Source: an uncultured Clostridia bacterium (GTDB taxonomy: Bacteria > Bacillota > Clostridia > Christensenellales > UBA3700). Taken from it: a stretch of 64,000 bases of DNA. The DNA lies in assembly GCA_947037025.1 (NCBI GenBank), contig CAMQSU010000001.1, positions 111,522 to 175,521 on the forward strand, read 5' to 3'. This document shows positions 19,657-29,839 of the stretch, piece after piece. The notes under the pieces are model-generated. The model saw only the letters and a program-made list of their open reading frames with translations. It had not been told where the DNA came from and ran no database searches. How positions within the stretch are numbered: the first letter of the stretch is position 1; every line of letters begins with the position of its first letter. The position numbers and the translations under genes are program-made.

Positions 19657-20748
19657 ATGAAAAACTTAGGAATATATATTCATATACCATTTTGCGAGAG
19701 TAAATGTCATTACTGCGACTTCACATCAGGAGTGGGCAGCAAAGACCGAATTGCAAAATATAGTGATGCGATTATCAATGAAATAAAAGGCTTTGATAAA
19801 TGCGACTATGTAGTGGATACAATATTTATCGGAGGTGGCACTCCAACATCGTTGAATGTTGGAGTGCTTTCTGATATAATAACCGCTATAAAATCAACAT
19901 TTGAAATAAGCCTTAAAGAGTTTACTATTGAGGGTAATCCTAATAGCTACACTGAGGAAAAATTAGCCGAATACAAAGCACTTGGCGTTACAAGGGTTAG
20001 TGTTGGCGTGCAGTCATTTGAGGATAAAGTGCTTAAAAGCATTGGCAGAATCCACACAGGAGAAGATGCAAAATCATGCGTTAAAATGCTTGCTGCTAGC
20101 GGGCTTTGCGTAAGTGCTGACCTTATGGTCGGCTTGCCAGATCAAACGATAGATATGGCGGTTCGTGATGCAGCATGGCTAGTAGATAGCGGAATTACGC
20201 ACGTGTCATGTTACTCACTTATTCTTGAGAGCGGCACCAAATTGCATGCGATGGTCAAAAATGGTCAAGTTGCTTTGCCTACGGAAGATCAAGCTGTTGA
20301 TATGTATGACGGTGTTATGCAAGTGCTAGAGAGTGGCGGTTTAAATCGTTATGAGGTAAGTAACTTTGGCGCACCCTGTGAGCATAATTTAGGATATTGG
20401 CGACTTAAAGACTATGCAGGGTTTGGGGTTTCTGCACATAGCCTTATAGATGGTGTCAGATATTACAACACTGATAACATAGCTGAATATATCAAAGGCA
20501 GCGACTATATTATTGATGAAAAGCTTACAATTGATGAGCTTGCAGCAGAATATGTTATGCTGGCGCTAAGACTTGATTGTGGTATTAATACCTCAGAATA
20601 TAAAGACCAATTTGGTCAGCAAGCATTTGATAATATGCAAATAATTGCAAGTGAGCAGTCGCAATACCTTGATATTAGTACGCATTTTATTAAAATAAAA
20701 AGAGAATTTAGCTATATTAGTAATAGCATAATAGAAAAATTTATCTAG
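19657..20748 (+). CDS. hemW: radical SAM heme chaperone HemW (HemN-like, coproporphyrinogen III oxidase family)
   Basis: It has the CX3CX2C radical-SAM motif (CESKCHYCDF) and GGGTPT. It sits in the conserved position between lepA and hrcA. Confidence 0.85.
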   Translation: MKNLGIYIHIPFCESKCHYCDFTSGVGSKDRIAKYSDAIINEIKGFDKCDYVVDTIFIGGGTPTSLNVGVLSDIITAIKSTFEISLKEFTIEGNPNSYTEEKLAEYKALGVTRVSVGVQSFEDKVLKSIGRIHTGEDAKSCVKMLAASGLCVSADLMVGLPDQTIDMAVRDAAWLVDSGITHVSCYSLILESGTKLHAMVKNGQVALPTEDQAVDMYDGVMQVLESGGLNRYEVSNFGAPCEHNLGYWRLKDYAGFGVSAHSLIDGVRYYNTDNIAEYIKGSDYIIDEKLTIDELAAEYVMLALRLDCGINTSEYKDQFGQQAFDNMQIIASEQSQYLDISTHFIKIKREFSYISNSIIEKFI

Positions 20749-20945
20749 ATTATGACCAAAAATGCAGGTGGTAGTTAATTATAATACATGCAATTAGTCA
20801 AAATTTGGCTATGCCATAAGCTAATATTTGGGTGCTGCCAAAAAGCGGATAAGCATATATAATGTTTAATTGTTATATTATATATATACTTATTGCATGA
20901 TAATTGTCAAAATTAAATAAAATAAAAAAAAGCAATCATAAACTC

Positions 20946-20973
20946 TTGACAAACTTTCAAATATGAGTATAAT
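20946..20973 (+). promoter_or_regulatory. sigma-A promoter of the hrcA-grpE-dnaK-dnaJ operon
   Basis: TTGACA (20946-20951), a 16-nt spacer, then TATAAT (20968-20973). Confidence 0.75.
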
Positions 20974-20980
20974 ATAAATA

Positions 20981-21007
20981 TTAGCAGTCGATACTATAGA
21001 TTGCTAG
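20981..21007 (+). promoter_or_regulatory. CIRCE operator (HrcA binding site), slightly degenerate
   Basis: TTAGCAGTC-N9-GATTGCTAG against the consensus TTAGCACTC-N9-GAGTGCTAA. It lies just downstream of the -10, ahead of hrcA. Confidence 0.7.
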
Positions 21008-21068
21008 CAGTCAGGTATATATGTGTGTGTTTAGCCATATACTATATATAGTTTGTAAGGAGGATAGA

Positions 21069-22076
21069 TTGAAAATAAGCGATAGAAAGAAAAAAATATT
21101 GCGTGCATTGATTGATGATTACATTGTGCACTGCGAGCCTATCAGCAGCAATCAAATCCAAGCACTGTGTATGCCAGACGTTAGTTCAGCAACGATCAGA
21201 AGTGAGCTAGGTGCTCTTGAGGATATGGGATATTTAGTTCAACCGCACAAGTCGGCAGGCAGAATGCCATCGACAAAAGCGTACAGATACTATGTAGACA
21301 ATCTAATGGAGGAGACTGAGGCGAACGAGCAAGTGAGAGAGGTGTCTAATTACTTTGAGGACAAGTTTAGCAAAGTTGAGGAGATTATCAGAAACACTGT
21401 AAAGGTCATCAGTGATACTACAAATTACACATCACTTGTGGTGTTAGGCGGTAGCGAAAACATTATCATAAGAGATATTAAGCTAGTTGACCTAGGCGAT
21501 AATAACGCATTAGTCGTCGTAATTACAAGCAAGGGCGTACTTAAGGATAAAGTAATCGATATCCCTAAAAACCTTGACAGTAAGTTTTTTGTATCTGCAA
21601 ATAACATGATTGTAGATATGTTTGCACAAAAGTCTTTAAAGGAAATTATTGCAGCACCTAATCAAGCTGATGATATGCTAGATGAGTACAGACAAGTTTT
21701 TAAGGAAATCGTGCTTATGCTTAGCGACTATAAAGAAGCTAGGGATGGGCAAGTGTATCTTGAAGGCGCGGACAAAATATTTTCTCATAAAGAGTTTGAG
21801 AGTGTTGATAATGTTAAAAACTTTTTATCAGTTATCAATACTAAAGCGAAAATTCATCAACTAATTTCCGACAATAACAATGTCGAGGTAAATATTAGAA
21901 TCGGCAGTGACGAGAGCGTAGGCGATAACATGGCGGTAGTTTCTGTTAGATGCGTAATTGGCGGCGAGGAAGTAGGTCACGCAATGGTAATTGGCCCAGA
22001 GAGAATGGATTATAAAAAGGTCGTGAGTGTTTTGGGTGGAGTTACAAAAGCTATTGAAGTCATGAAAAAGGAGTAG
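21069..22076 (+). CDS. hrcA: heat-inducible transcription repressor HrcA
   Basis: It has an N-terminal wHTH (RKKKILRALIDDYI...SSATIRSELGALEDMGYL). Its position and the CIRCE site support the call. The preferred start is the TTG at 21069, 6 nt after AGGAGG. Confidence 0.9.
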   Translation: MKISDRKKKILRALIDDYIVHCEPISSNQIQALCMPDVSSATIRSELGALEDMGYLVQPHKSAGRMPSTKAYRYYVDNLMEETEANEQVREVSNYFEDKFSKVEEIIRNTVKVISDTTNYTSLVVLGGSENIIIRDIKLVDLGDNNALVVVITSKGVLKDKVIDIPKNLDSKFFVSANNMIVDMFAQKSLKEIIAAPNQADDMLDEYRQVFKEIVLMLSDYKEARDGQVYLEGADKIFSHKEFESVDNVKNFLSVINTKAKIHQLISDNNNVEVNIRIGSDESVGDNMAVVSVRCVIGGEEVGHAMVIGPERMDYKKVVSVLGGVTKAIEVMKKE

Positions 22077-22079
22077 CAA

Positions 22080-22802
22080 ATGAAAGAAAACGATATAAAA
22101 GAAGATGAAATCAACAAAAAAGCAGCAAATGGTTGCGGCTGTGGCTGTAACAGTGATAATTCAAATAAAAGCTCTTGTGGCTGTGAAAGCGATAATTCAA
22201 ATGAAAGCTCTTGCGGTTGCGAAAGCGATCATTCAAACGAAAGCTCTTGCGGCTGCGAAGGTAATAGTTCTTGCGATAGTGCATGTGACTGCGAAGATGT
22301 GGCTTCTGAAAAAGCAAACGAAGATAACATATTTAAGTCAAAGTCAAAAGGCAAAAAGTCTAAAGTCCAGACTGAACTGGATGATTTGAAGGTTGAGTAT
22401 GAAAAAATGCAAAACTTTGCACTTAGAACAAAGGCTGACCTTGAGAATATAAGAAAAAGAAATGAGAACATTGCAAGGGATATGTATTTGGACGGCAAGA
22501 CTGAAACGTTAGTCGGAATGCTGCCAGTGCTAGATAGCATAAACAGAGCATTAACAATTGAGATGCCAGAGAGCATATTAGATGGTATTTCTAAAATTAA
22601 GAAACAGTTTGATATGTTATTTGAAAAAATGGGTGTGACGGAAATCGCCGCACTAGATGAGGACTTTAATCCTAATTTCCATACTGCACTTATGCAGGTG
22701 GATGATGAGGAAAAGAGTGGCAAGTGTACTCAAGTATTTGAAAATGGGTACATGTTTAAGGATAAGATACTAAGACATGCAAGTGTAGTAGTAGCTAAAT
22801 AA
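22080..22802 (+). CDS. grpE: nucleotide exchange factor GrpE with an atypical Cys-rich repeat N-terminal extension
   Basis: The C-terminal ~150 aa is canonical GrpE (LRTKADLENIRKR...). The N-terminal ~65 aa carry CGCGC plus 3 x SSCGCESDxSNE. Confidence 0.9.
   Translation: MKENDIKEDEINKKAANGCGCGCNSDNSNKSSCGCESDNSNESSCGCESDHSNESSCGCEGNSSCDSACDCEDVASEKANEDNIFKSKSKGKKSKVQTELDDLKVEYEKMQNFALRTKADLENIRKRNENIARDMYLDGKTETLVGMLPVLDSINRALTIEMPESILDGISKIKKQFDMLFEKMGVTEIAALDEDFNPNFHTALMQVDDEEKSGKCTQVFENGYMFKDKILRHASVVVAK
22170..22277 (+). repeat. 36-bp (12-codon) tandem repeat x3 inside grpE
   Basis: Units start near 22170, 22206 and 22242. They encode SSCGCESDNSNE, SSCGCESDHSNE and SSCGCEGNSSCD. Confidence 0.8.
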
Positions 22803-22838
22803 ATATATAAAATATTTTAATTTAAGGAGAGTATATAT

Positions 22839-24662
22839 ATGTCAAAAATTATAGGAATCGATTTAGGAACAACAAACTCATGCGTATCTGTAATGGAGGG
22901 TGGTGAGGCAATAGTAATCACAAATGCAGAAGGTAACAGAACTACTCCATCAGTAGTAGCATTTGCAAAAGACGGAGAAAGACTTGTCGGCGGTACTGCT
23001 AAGCGTCAAGCTGTAGCAAACCCTGAGAGAACAATCGCGTCAATCAAAAGACACATGGGAACATCTCATACTGTTAATATTGATGGTAAGAAATTCACTC
23101 CACAAGAAATATCTAGTATGATATTAGGTAAGCTAAAGCAAGATGCTGAAGCATATCTTGGTGAAACTGTATCAAAGGCTGTAATTACAGTACCTGCATA
23201 CTTCACTGATGCTCAAAGACAAGCAACTAAAGACGCGGGTAAAATCGCAGGTCTTGAAGTGCTTCGTATAATCAACGAGCCTACTGCTGCTGCACTTGCA
23301 TATGGTGCTGATAAAGGCACTACTGTTGCAAGCAAAATATTAATTTATGACCTTGGCGGCGGAACTTTTGATGTGTCAATCTTAGAGCTTGATAATGGTA
23401 TGTTCCAAGTACTTGCTACTTGCGGAGATAACAAACTAGGCGGAGATGACTTTGATAGCAAAATCGCGACATTCATTTTAGAAGAGTTCAAAAAATCAGA
23501 CGGTATCGACTTATCTAAAGATAAACTAGCAATGCAGAGAATTATCGAGGCTGCTGAAAAGGCAAAAATCGAGCTATCTGGAATTAACAAAACAAACATT
23601 AACCTACCATTCATCTCAATGGATGCTAGCGGCGCAAAGTCTATTGATATAGACCTAACTCGTGCTAAGTTTGACCAGTTAACAAGTGCTCTTGTTGAGA
23701 GGACATTGAAACCACTTAATCAAGCAATTAAAGATGCAGGATTATCAGCTAGTGACCTTGATAAAGTTATCCTAGTTGGTGGATCAACTCGTATCCCTTC
23801 AGTTGCGGATGCGGTAAAAAAGACTACAGGAAAAGAGCCTTATAAAGGCATTAATCCAGATGAGTGCGTTGCAATCGGCGCTGCTATTCAAGGCGGTGTT
23901 TTAACGGGTGATGTTAAGGACATGGTTCTTGTAGATGTTACTCCACTTTCTTTAGGAATAGAGACAGCGGGCGGCGTATTCACTAAGCTTATTGATAGAA
24001 ATACTTCTATCCCTACAAGCAAATCACAGGTATTCTCAACATATGCTGACAGCCAGCCTGCAGTAGATGTTCACGTTCTTCAAGGTGAGAGAAGTATGTC
24101 GGCTGATAATAAAACTCTTGGTAGATTTGTTTTAGACGGAATCCCTCCAGCACCACGTGGTGTACCTCAAATAGAGATAACTTTTGACATTGATGCTAAC
24201 GGTATCGTAAATGTTAAGGCTATTGATAAAGGAACAAACAAGACTCAAAGCGTTACAATCACTGCATCATCTAACCTTAGCGAGAATGATATTGACGAGG
24301 CTGTTAAGAATGCTGAGAAATATGCTGATGAAGATAAAGCACGTCGTGAGAGCGTTGAGGCGAAAAACCAAGCTGAGCAATTGATTTTTGAGACTGAAAA
24401 GTTTATGAGAGAAAATGCTGAGAAGTTAAGTGACGAAGAGAAAGAATCTATTGAAAAAAGCATAGCTTCATCTAAAGAAACTCTAGAAAATGAGACTGAG
24501 GCGGAGGCAATCCGTAGCAGTATCGAAGCAATGAGTATGGTTACTGGACCTATCTTTACTAGAATTTATCAAGAAAATGCTGCTGCAGGCGAGAATACAG
24601 AAGGTGCTCCAGAAGGTGCTCCTGCTGATGATATCATTGATGCAGAGCCAGATAGCGAGTAA
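22839..24662 (+). CDS. dnaK: molecular chaperone DnaK (Hsp70)
   Basis: Hsp70 signatures [18 protein letters not shown] and [10 protein letters not shown] are present; 607 aa. Confidence 0.97.
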   Translation: MSKIIGIDLGTTNSCVSVMEGGEAIVITNAEGNRTTPSVVAFAKDGERLVGGTAKRQAVANPERTIASIKRHMGTSHTVNIDGKKFTPQEISSMILGKLKQDAEAYLGETVSKAVITVPAYFTDAQRQATKDAGKIAGLEVLRIINEPTAAALAYGADKGTTVASKILIYDLGGGTFDVSILELDNGMFQVLATCGDNKLGGDDFDSKIATFILEEFKKSDGIDLSKDKLAMQRIIEAAEKAKIELSGINKTNINLPFISMDASGAKSIDIDLTRAKFDQLTSALVERTLKPLNQAIKDAGLSASDLDKVILVGGSTRIPSVADAVKKTTGKEPYKGINPDECVAIGAAIQGGVLTGDVKDMVLVDVTPLSLGIETAGGVFTKLIDRNTSIPTSKSQVFSTYADSQPAVDVHVLQGERSMSADNKTLGRFVLDGIPPAPRGVPQIEITFDIDANGIVNVKAIDKGTNKTQSVTITASSNLSENDIDEAVKNAEKYADEDKARRESVEAKNQAEQLIFETEKFMRENAEKLSDEEKESIEKSIASSKETLENETEAEAIRSSIEAMSMVTGPIFTRIYQENAAAGENTEGAPEGAPADDIIDAEPDSE

Positions 24663-24777
24663 TCAGCTGCAAGGTATAGACTGATAAAATTAATGATAAC
24701 TGATTTAGTTTTCGCCGATAACCTCGGCGAAAGCTATCTCATTTATTTCATGAATAAGATGAGGATTAAATATTAAT

Positions 24778-25932
24778 ATGGCAAAAAAGAATTACTATGA
24801 GCAACTTGGCGTAGACAAGGGTGCGAATGAACAAGATATAAAAGCAGCTTATCGCAAGTCAGTAATGAAGTATCATCCTGATAGATTTGCTACAAAACCG
24901 GAGCCAGAGCGTAAGAAGGCGGAGGATACCTTTAAGGATATCAACCACGCATATGACGTTTTGTCAAACGCTGAAAAAAAAGAAAACTACGATAACTACG
25001 GCACTGAAGAAGGCCCTAAATATAATGGCGGTGCGGGTGGTTTTGATGGTGGATTTGGCGGCTTTGGCGGCTTTGAAGATATTTTTAGTCAGTTTTTTGG
25101 TGGTGGAGGCAGCGGCCGTCAAGGCGGAGGTCGATCTACTAGGACTATGCCTGTAAATGGTGATGATATCACTATGAGGCTTGACATTACTTTTGAGGAG
25201 GCAATTCACGGATGCGAAAAGACTGTAAAAGTTTATCGTACTGAGAAATGTGCTGACTGTAAAGGTCTTGGTGCTAAAGATCCTTCTAAAATTGTTGACT
25301 GTAACGTGTGTCACGGCTCGGGTGTTGTGACAGCTGTGCAAAATACTATTTTTGGCAGACAAACTGTTAGGACTAAGTGTAACAATTGTGGCGGTAAGGG
25401 TAAGGTTATTACTGAAAAATGCGGTACTTGTAGAGGTACTGGTATTATCAAGAAAGAGCGTACTATTCCAGTAGCAATACCGGCAGGTACTGATAATAAT
25501 CAAACAATCACTTACTATAATGAAGGTGAGGCAGGGTCTAATGGCGGTGCAAATGGCAGGCTGATTATTATTATCGTTGTCAAAGAGCATGATCTGTTTG
25601 AGCGTGATGGCAATGACCTTTATATAAATATACCTATCACTATATCGGATGCTGTTATTGGTGGAAAAATTTCTGTACCAACTACTGGTAAAAATATTTC
25701 ACTTACTATTCCAGCAGGCACGCAGAGTGATACTAAATTTAGAGTTAAGGGTTACGGCGTCAAGTATTTGAAGAAGGATATGAAGGGGGATTTGTATGTC
25801 ACTGTAGAAGTTGAGATTCCACAAAAGCTTAACAGCAAACAAGTTAAACTTTTGCAAGAATTTGAGGCATCAATAGTTGCAAAGCAATATGATTCTAAAA
25901 AAACATTCCTTTCTAAATGGATAAATAAATAA
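24778..25932 (+). CDS. dnaJ: molecular chaperone DnaJ (Hsp40)
   Basis: It has a J-domain with HPD, a G/F-rich linker and a four-repeat CxxC zinc-finger region (CADCKG, CNVCHG, CNNCGG, CGTCRG). Confidence 0.95.
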   Translation: MAKKNYYEQLGVDKGANEQDIKAAYRKSVMKYHPDRFATKPEPERKKAEDTFKDINHAYDVLSNAEKKENYDNYGTEEGPKYNGGAGGFDGGFGGFGGFEDIFSQFFGGGGSGRQGGGRSTRTMPVNGDDITMRLDITFEEAIHGCEKTVKVYRTEKCADCKGLGAKDPSKIVDCNVCHGSGVVTAVQNTIFGRQTVRTKCNNCGGKGKVITEKCGTCRGTGIIKKERTIPVAIPAGTDNNQTITYYNEGEAGSNGGANGRLIIIIVVKEHDLFERDGNDLYINIPITISDAVIGGKISVPTTGKNISLTIPAGTQSDTKFRVKGYGVKYLKKDMKGDLYVTVEVEIPQKLNSKQVKLLQEFEASIVAKQYDSKKTFLSKWINK

Positions 25933-26157
25933 CATATTTAATATGATAAAATATTAGCACCAGATTGCATTATGCTATCGGTGCTTTTGTTTTGCTTATT
26001 TGTTTTTAGATGGTTATGGCTAAATTAATGCATAGAGGCTAAATTGGGTTAGGTGATTATAGCTAAAGTGATGTTATTGGCATAGTTGTTTTACTGTCGA
26101 AAAATGTAATCTATAAGTATAATTTACTGCTAAACCTGCAAAAATTTATTATAACTC

Positions 26158-26186
26158 TTGACAATTTATGCAAAGTATGATAAAAT
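26158..26186 (+). promoter_or_regulatory. sigma-A promoter of the SRP RNA gene
   Basis: TTGACA (26158-26163), a 17-nt spacer, then TGaTAAAAT (26178-26186). Confidence 0.6.
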
Positions 26187-26192
26187 AACTAT

Positions 26193-26462
26193 ACTGTGCT
26201 AAGTGGGGAGCTAGCGGTGCCCTATAACCTGCAATCCGCTACAGCAGGACCGAATACTACCGTAGGCATAATGTATGGAAGGCAGTCTAAGATAAGGAGC
26301 GTTGATCACAAGGTCTTGTGCAACGTCTCACTGTGAACCATGTCAGAGCTTGATCGCAGCAGCATTAAGCAGACCGAGATGTGTGCCACGAGGGTGCTTT
26401 GTAGTAGCCACCTGTTTGAGCAACGCTTCGGTATGTTATGTCAAGGGAAGTTGCACAGTCTT
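26193..26462 (+). ncRNA. ffs: signal recognition particle RNA, long Bacillus type with Alu domain (scRNA/4.5S homologue)
   Basis: By eye it matches my recollection of B. subtilis scRNA. The 5' Alu part is GTGCTAAGTGGGGAGCTAGCGGTGCCCTATAACCTGCAATCCGCTACAGCAGGACCGAAT. The domain IV region is GAACCATGTCAGAGCTTGATCGCAGCAGCATTAAGCAG. The 5' ACTGTGC pairs with the 3' GCACAGT. A terminator follows. Confidence 0.85.
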
Positions 26463-26471
26463 AGAATATTC

Positions 26472-26497
26472 AGCGAGTCTTTAACGGCTCGCTTTTT
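26472..26497 (+). terminator. rho-independent terminator after ffs
   Basis: AGCGAG (26472-26477) pairs with CTCGCT (26488-26493), followed by a T run. Confidence 0.7.
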
Positions 26498-26839
26498 TCA
26501 TGCGTAAATTGTGCTTTTTTGATAAATAAACAAGCATAAACTGCATAAAATACAATGTTTAATTGTAGGCTAAGCTAAAAAATTCACGCTATGTTTATGA
26601 TAATATCATTATAAATTACTTAAATTTAATTAAATGCAGTAATCTGTTAAAAGTCGGTATATGTAAAGGCAAAAGCTTATATATTAGTTATAACATATTA
26701 TGATTTCAAAATGTGATATACGGTATAATTGTTATACATTTATACAAATTAGTCCACAAATTGTGCATAACTATGTTGACAACTGGTGGAAAAGTGATAT
26801 TTCACGCTTTTTCGCATGATTTAAAAACAAAAAGGCGGT

Positions 26840-27520
26840 GTGGCAATGTTGATAACTAAAAAACATATTTATACATTTCTTGTGATTTTATGCATTATAT
26901 TAATTAATGTTTTTAGCGTTGTCCTCGTATTAACGGCGGACTTTGGCGATAAAAAGGTAATAGTCATAGATGCAGGTCATGGCGGTATTGATGGCGGAGT
27001 CAGTGTTGGCAAGATTGTTGAGGCTGATGTTGCACTTGGGCTAGCATATGAACTCCGTGATGCGCTTGTTAAATTAGATTACAAAGTTGTGCTAACAAGA
27101 GATAGTAAGCTTGCTCTTGCTGACGGTAAAAGTGCTGATATGCAAGCTAGGAAAAATGTAATTGATAGCGCAAATGCTGATATGATGATTAGTTTGCATG
27201 TAAATAAATACGCTCAAGAGTCTGTGCGTGGAGTAAGGGTGTTTTATGATGATACGAATAAGCATAAGGAAAGCGCCTCAAGAATGCAAACATTGATAAA
27301 CTCAAGAATTAACAAAACTTATGTAGGTAGAGCAGACTTCAAGGCTAGTGGGGGAGATTTTTTTGTAACTAAATGCAGTGATGTTACATCAATGATTATT
27401 GAATGCGGATTTATATCAAGTCCAAAAGATAGAGCACTGCTGCTAAGTGCACCATATAGATTTGAGCTTTGCGGTGTTATTGCTGATGGTGTTGTTTCTA
27501 TGGTTAATGTTGGTGCTTAG
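26840..27520 (+). CDS. N-acetylmuramoyl-L-alanine amidase (Amidase_3), CwlD-like with N-terminal TM anchor
   Basis: It has VIVIDAGHGGIDGG, MISLHVN and IECGFISSP zinc-amidase motifs. A single N-terminal TM helix and the ~226-aa size match the CwlD architecture. Confidence 0.75.
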   Translation: MAMLITKKHIYTFLVILCIILINVFSVVLVLTADFGDKKVIVIDAGHGGIDGGVSVGKIVEADVALGLAYELRDALVKLDYKVVLTRDSKLALADGKSADMQARKNVIDSANADMMISLHVNKYAQESVRGVRVFYDDTNKHKESASRMQTLINSRINKTYVGRADFKASGGDFFVTKCSDVTSMIIECGFISSPKDRALLLSAPYRFELCGVIADGVVSMVNVGA

Positions 27521-27690
27521 GGTTAGTAACTAGAAAAATGACTACATAGCTTGGTTTAGTAGCTAAAATTAAATAATGAATACATAGCTTGGTATTTAGT
27601 AGCCTACATAAAAGATAACTATATAGCGTACGCTATATTTAGGTAACATTATAAGTGGTGAATTATATATTATATAGTATTAAATACAGG

Positions 27691-27712
27691 ATATATATAT
27701 ATATATATATAT
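27691..27712. repeat. (AT)11 microsatellite
   Basis: An uninterrupted ATAT... run in the cwlD-typA convergent spacer. Confidence 0.9.
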
Positions 27713-27761
27713 AATGAGTGCAATGATATTTTTGCGGATGATATATAATAAAAAAGGGCAT

Positions 27762-27797
27762 AAAAAAATCCACACTAATTAAAGGGTGGATTTTTGT
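27762..27797. terminator. bidirectional terminator (serves typA on the minus strand)
   Basis: AAAAATCCAC / GTGGATTTTT stem with an A run on one side and a T run on the other. Confidence 0.7.
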
Positions 27798-27821
27798 TTT
27801 ATTAATTGATTAAGCTAAAGC

Positions 27822-29663
27822 TTATTTGTCACGACCTTTAACTACTCCAGTCTTAACATCATCACGTGCACGCACTTTGTGATCAAGTATCTTTTTACGG
27901 ATACGAATGCTTAGTGGTGTAACCTCTAGTAGCTCATTGTTCTCAAGGAACTCGATAGACTCCTCTAGTGAGAATACGCGAGGACGTTGAAGTTTAAGAG
28001 CATCATCATTACCTGATGAACGAGTGTTTGTAAGTTGCTTTTCACGACATACGTTAACAACTAGATCCTCATTCTTAGGTGAGTAGCCGATAACCATTCC
28101 CGCATATACTGCTTCGCCAGGTCCTACAAATAGAACTCCACGCTCTTGAGCGGCACTTAATCCGTATCCAGTAGATTTACCAGTTTCAAATGAAACTAGT
28201 GAACCATTGCTACGTCTTGGAATGTCGCCTCTGAAAGGCTCATAGTCATGGAATAATGTATTGATAATTCCTTCACCCTTAGTGTCAGTCATAAAGTCAC
28301 TTCTGTAACCGATAAGACCACGTGTTGGGATTGTGAATTCAAGTCTCATACGAGATCCTGCTGGTGACATATTAACAAGCTCTGCACGTCTTGTGCCTAA
28401 CTTCTCCATTACTGCACCTACAAAATCTGCTGGTACATCGATAATTGCTTTCTCGATAGGCTCAAAATGCTTGCCACCGATTGTCTTGCTCATAACTCTT
28501 GGTGTTCCTACTTGGAACTCGAAGCCTTCACGACGCATGTTCTCGATTAGAATAGATAAATGTATTTCTCCACGTCCTGATACCATGAATGTGTCTTTAG
28601 ACTCGCCATCACGTACTCTTAGTGAAACATCTTTAAGAAGCTCTTTGTACAATCGCTCACGAATGTTACGGCTTGTTACAAACTTTCCTTCCTTACCTGC
28701 TAGTGGGCTGTTGTTTACTAGAAACTCCATCTCAAGAGTAGGCTCAGATACGTTTACGAATGGTAGTGACTCAACATTAGATGGATCGCATATTGTGTTA
28801 CCAATATTGATTCCTTCGATACCAGATACACATACTATATCGCCAATTGTAGCAGTTTCTACCGCTTCACGAGTTAAATTCTCGATGCCGTATAGGTTGC
28901 TTATCTTTGAATTGTATTTTACAAATGCTGGGTTGTTATCTGTGACAGTTACGCCCATATTTACTTTACATGTTCCTCTTGCAATTCTGCCGATACCAAT
29001 ACGACCTACATAGTCGTTATAATCGATAGAAGATATTAGTAACTGCATTGGAGCAGTTTCGTCACCTTCTGGTGCAGGAATGTAATCAAGGATTGTGTCA
29101 AATAGTGGGATAAGGTTGTCGTTAGGAATGTTAGGGTCCATTGTAGCTGTTCCCGCTCTACCAGAGCAGTATACTACAGGGAAATCTAACGCTTCATCTC
29201 CAGCACCAAGATCAAGAAGTAAGTCTAAAACTTCCTCCTCAACTTCGCCAAGCCTAGAATCATGTCTATCAATCTTGTTTACACAGATGATAACCTTTAG
29301 GTCTAGCTCAAGAGCCTTTGATAGTACGAAACGTGTTTGAGGCATTGTGCCTTCATATGCGTCTACTAAAAGTACAACACCATCTATCATTTTAAGAACA
29401 CGCTCTACCTCTCCGCCGAAATCGGCATGTCCAGGTGTGTCAATGATATTGATTTTTGTATCATTATACCTAACTGATGTGTTCTTTGCAAGTATTGTGA
29501 TACCACGCTCTTTTTCAAGATCGTTATTATCCATGACTCTCTCGTCAACAACTTGGTTAGCTCTGAATGCTCCGCATTGCATTAGCATTGCGTCAACTAG
29601 CGTAGTCTTGCCATGATCAACGTGGGCAATGATAGCTATATTTCTTAGATCGTTTCTTACCAT
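27822..29663 (-). CDS. typA: translational GTPase TypA/BipA
   Basis: It has AHVDHGKTT, DTPGH and NKID, plus BipA-type C-terminal domains; 613 aa. Confidence 0.95.
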   Translation of the reverse strand: MVRNDLRNIAIIAHVDHGKTTLVDAMLMQCGAFRANQVVDERVMDNNDLEKERGITILAKNTSVRYNDTKINIIDTPGHADFGGEVERVLKMIDGVVLLVDAYEGTMPQTRFVLSKALELDLKVIICVNKIDRHDSRLGEVEEEVLDLLLDLGAGDEALDFPVVYCSGRAGTATMDPNIPNDNLIPLFDTILDYIPAPEGDETAPMQLLISSIDYNDYVGRIGIGRIARGTCKVNMGVTVTDNNPAFVKYNSKISNLYGIENLTREAVETATIGDIVCVSGIEGINIGNTICDPSNVESLPFVNVSEPTLEMEFLVNNSPLAGKEGKFVTSRNIRERLYKELLKDVSLRVRDGESKDTFMVSGRGEIHLSILIENMRREGFEFQVGTPRVMSKTIGGKHFEPIEKAIIDVPADFVGAVMEKLGTRRAELVNMSPAGSRMRLEFTIPTRGLIGYRSDFMTDTKGEGIINTLFHDYEPFRGDIPRRSNGSLVSFETGKSTGYGLSAAQERGVLFVGPGEAVYAGMVIGYSPKNEDLVVNVCREKQLTNTRSSGNDDALKLQRPRVFSLEESIEFLENNELLEVTPLSIRIRKKILDHKVRARDDVKTGVVKGRDK

Positions 29664-29839
29664 AAATCTCCTTAGTGTGTGAAAAAATTATTACTCTATT
29701 ATTATATACTAATTTGTTGTAATATCATATCGATTTGACATGCTTTTTCAACTATTTTTTGAGTTATATGCTTTTTTTTACACAAAAAGCTAAATGATAT
29801 GCTATAATATTAATAATTAATAGCATATAGGAGGGGAAA

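Noticed and set aside
22105-22389. 94-aa alternative-frame ORF across the grpE repeat
   Set aside because: The same-strand frame shift of the 36-bp repeat happens to stay open. The grpE frame is supported by its RBS and by continuity into the canonical GrpE core.
24711-24731. Terminator between dnaK and dnaJ
   Set aside because: The TTCGCCGA/TCGGCGAA hairpin is real, but it lacks a following T run. It is more likely an mRNA-stability or processing stem-loop than a full terminator.
26302-26484. 60-aa ORF on the + strand
   Set aside because: It lies entirely inside the SRP RNA gene. It has no RBS, and its composition reflects structured RNA.
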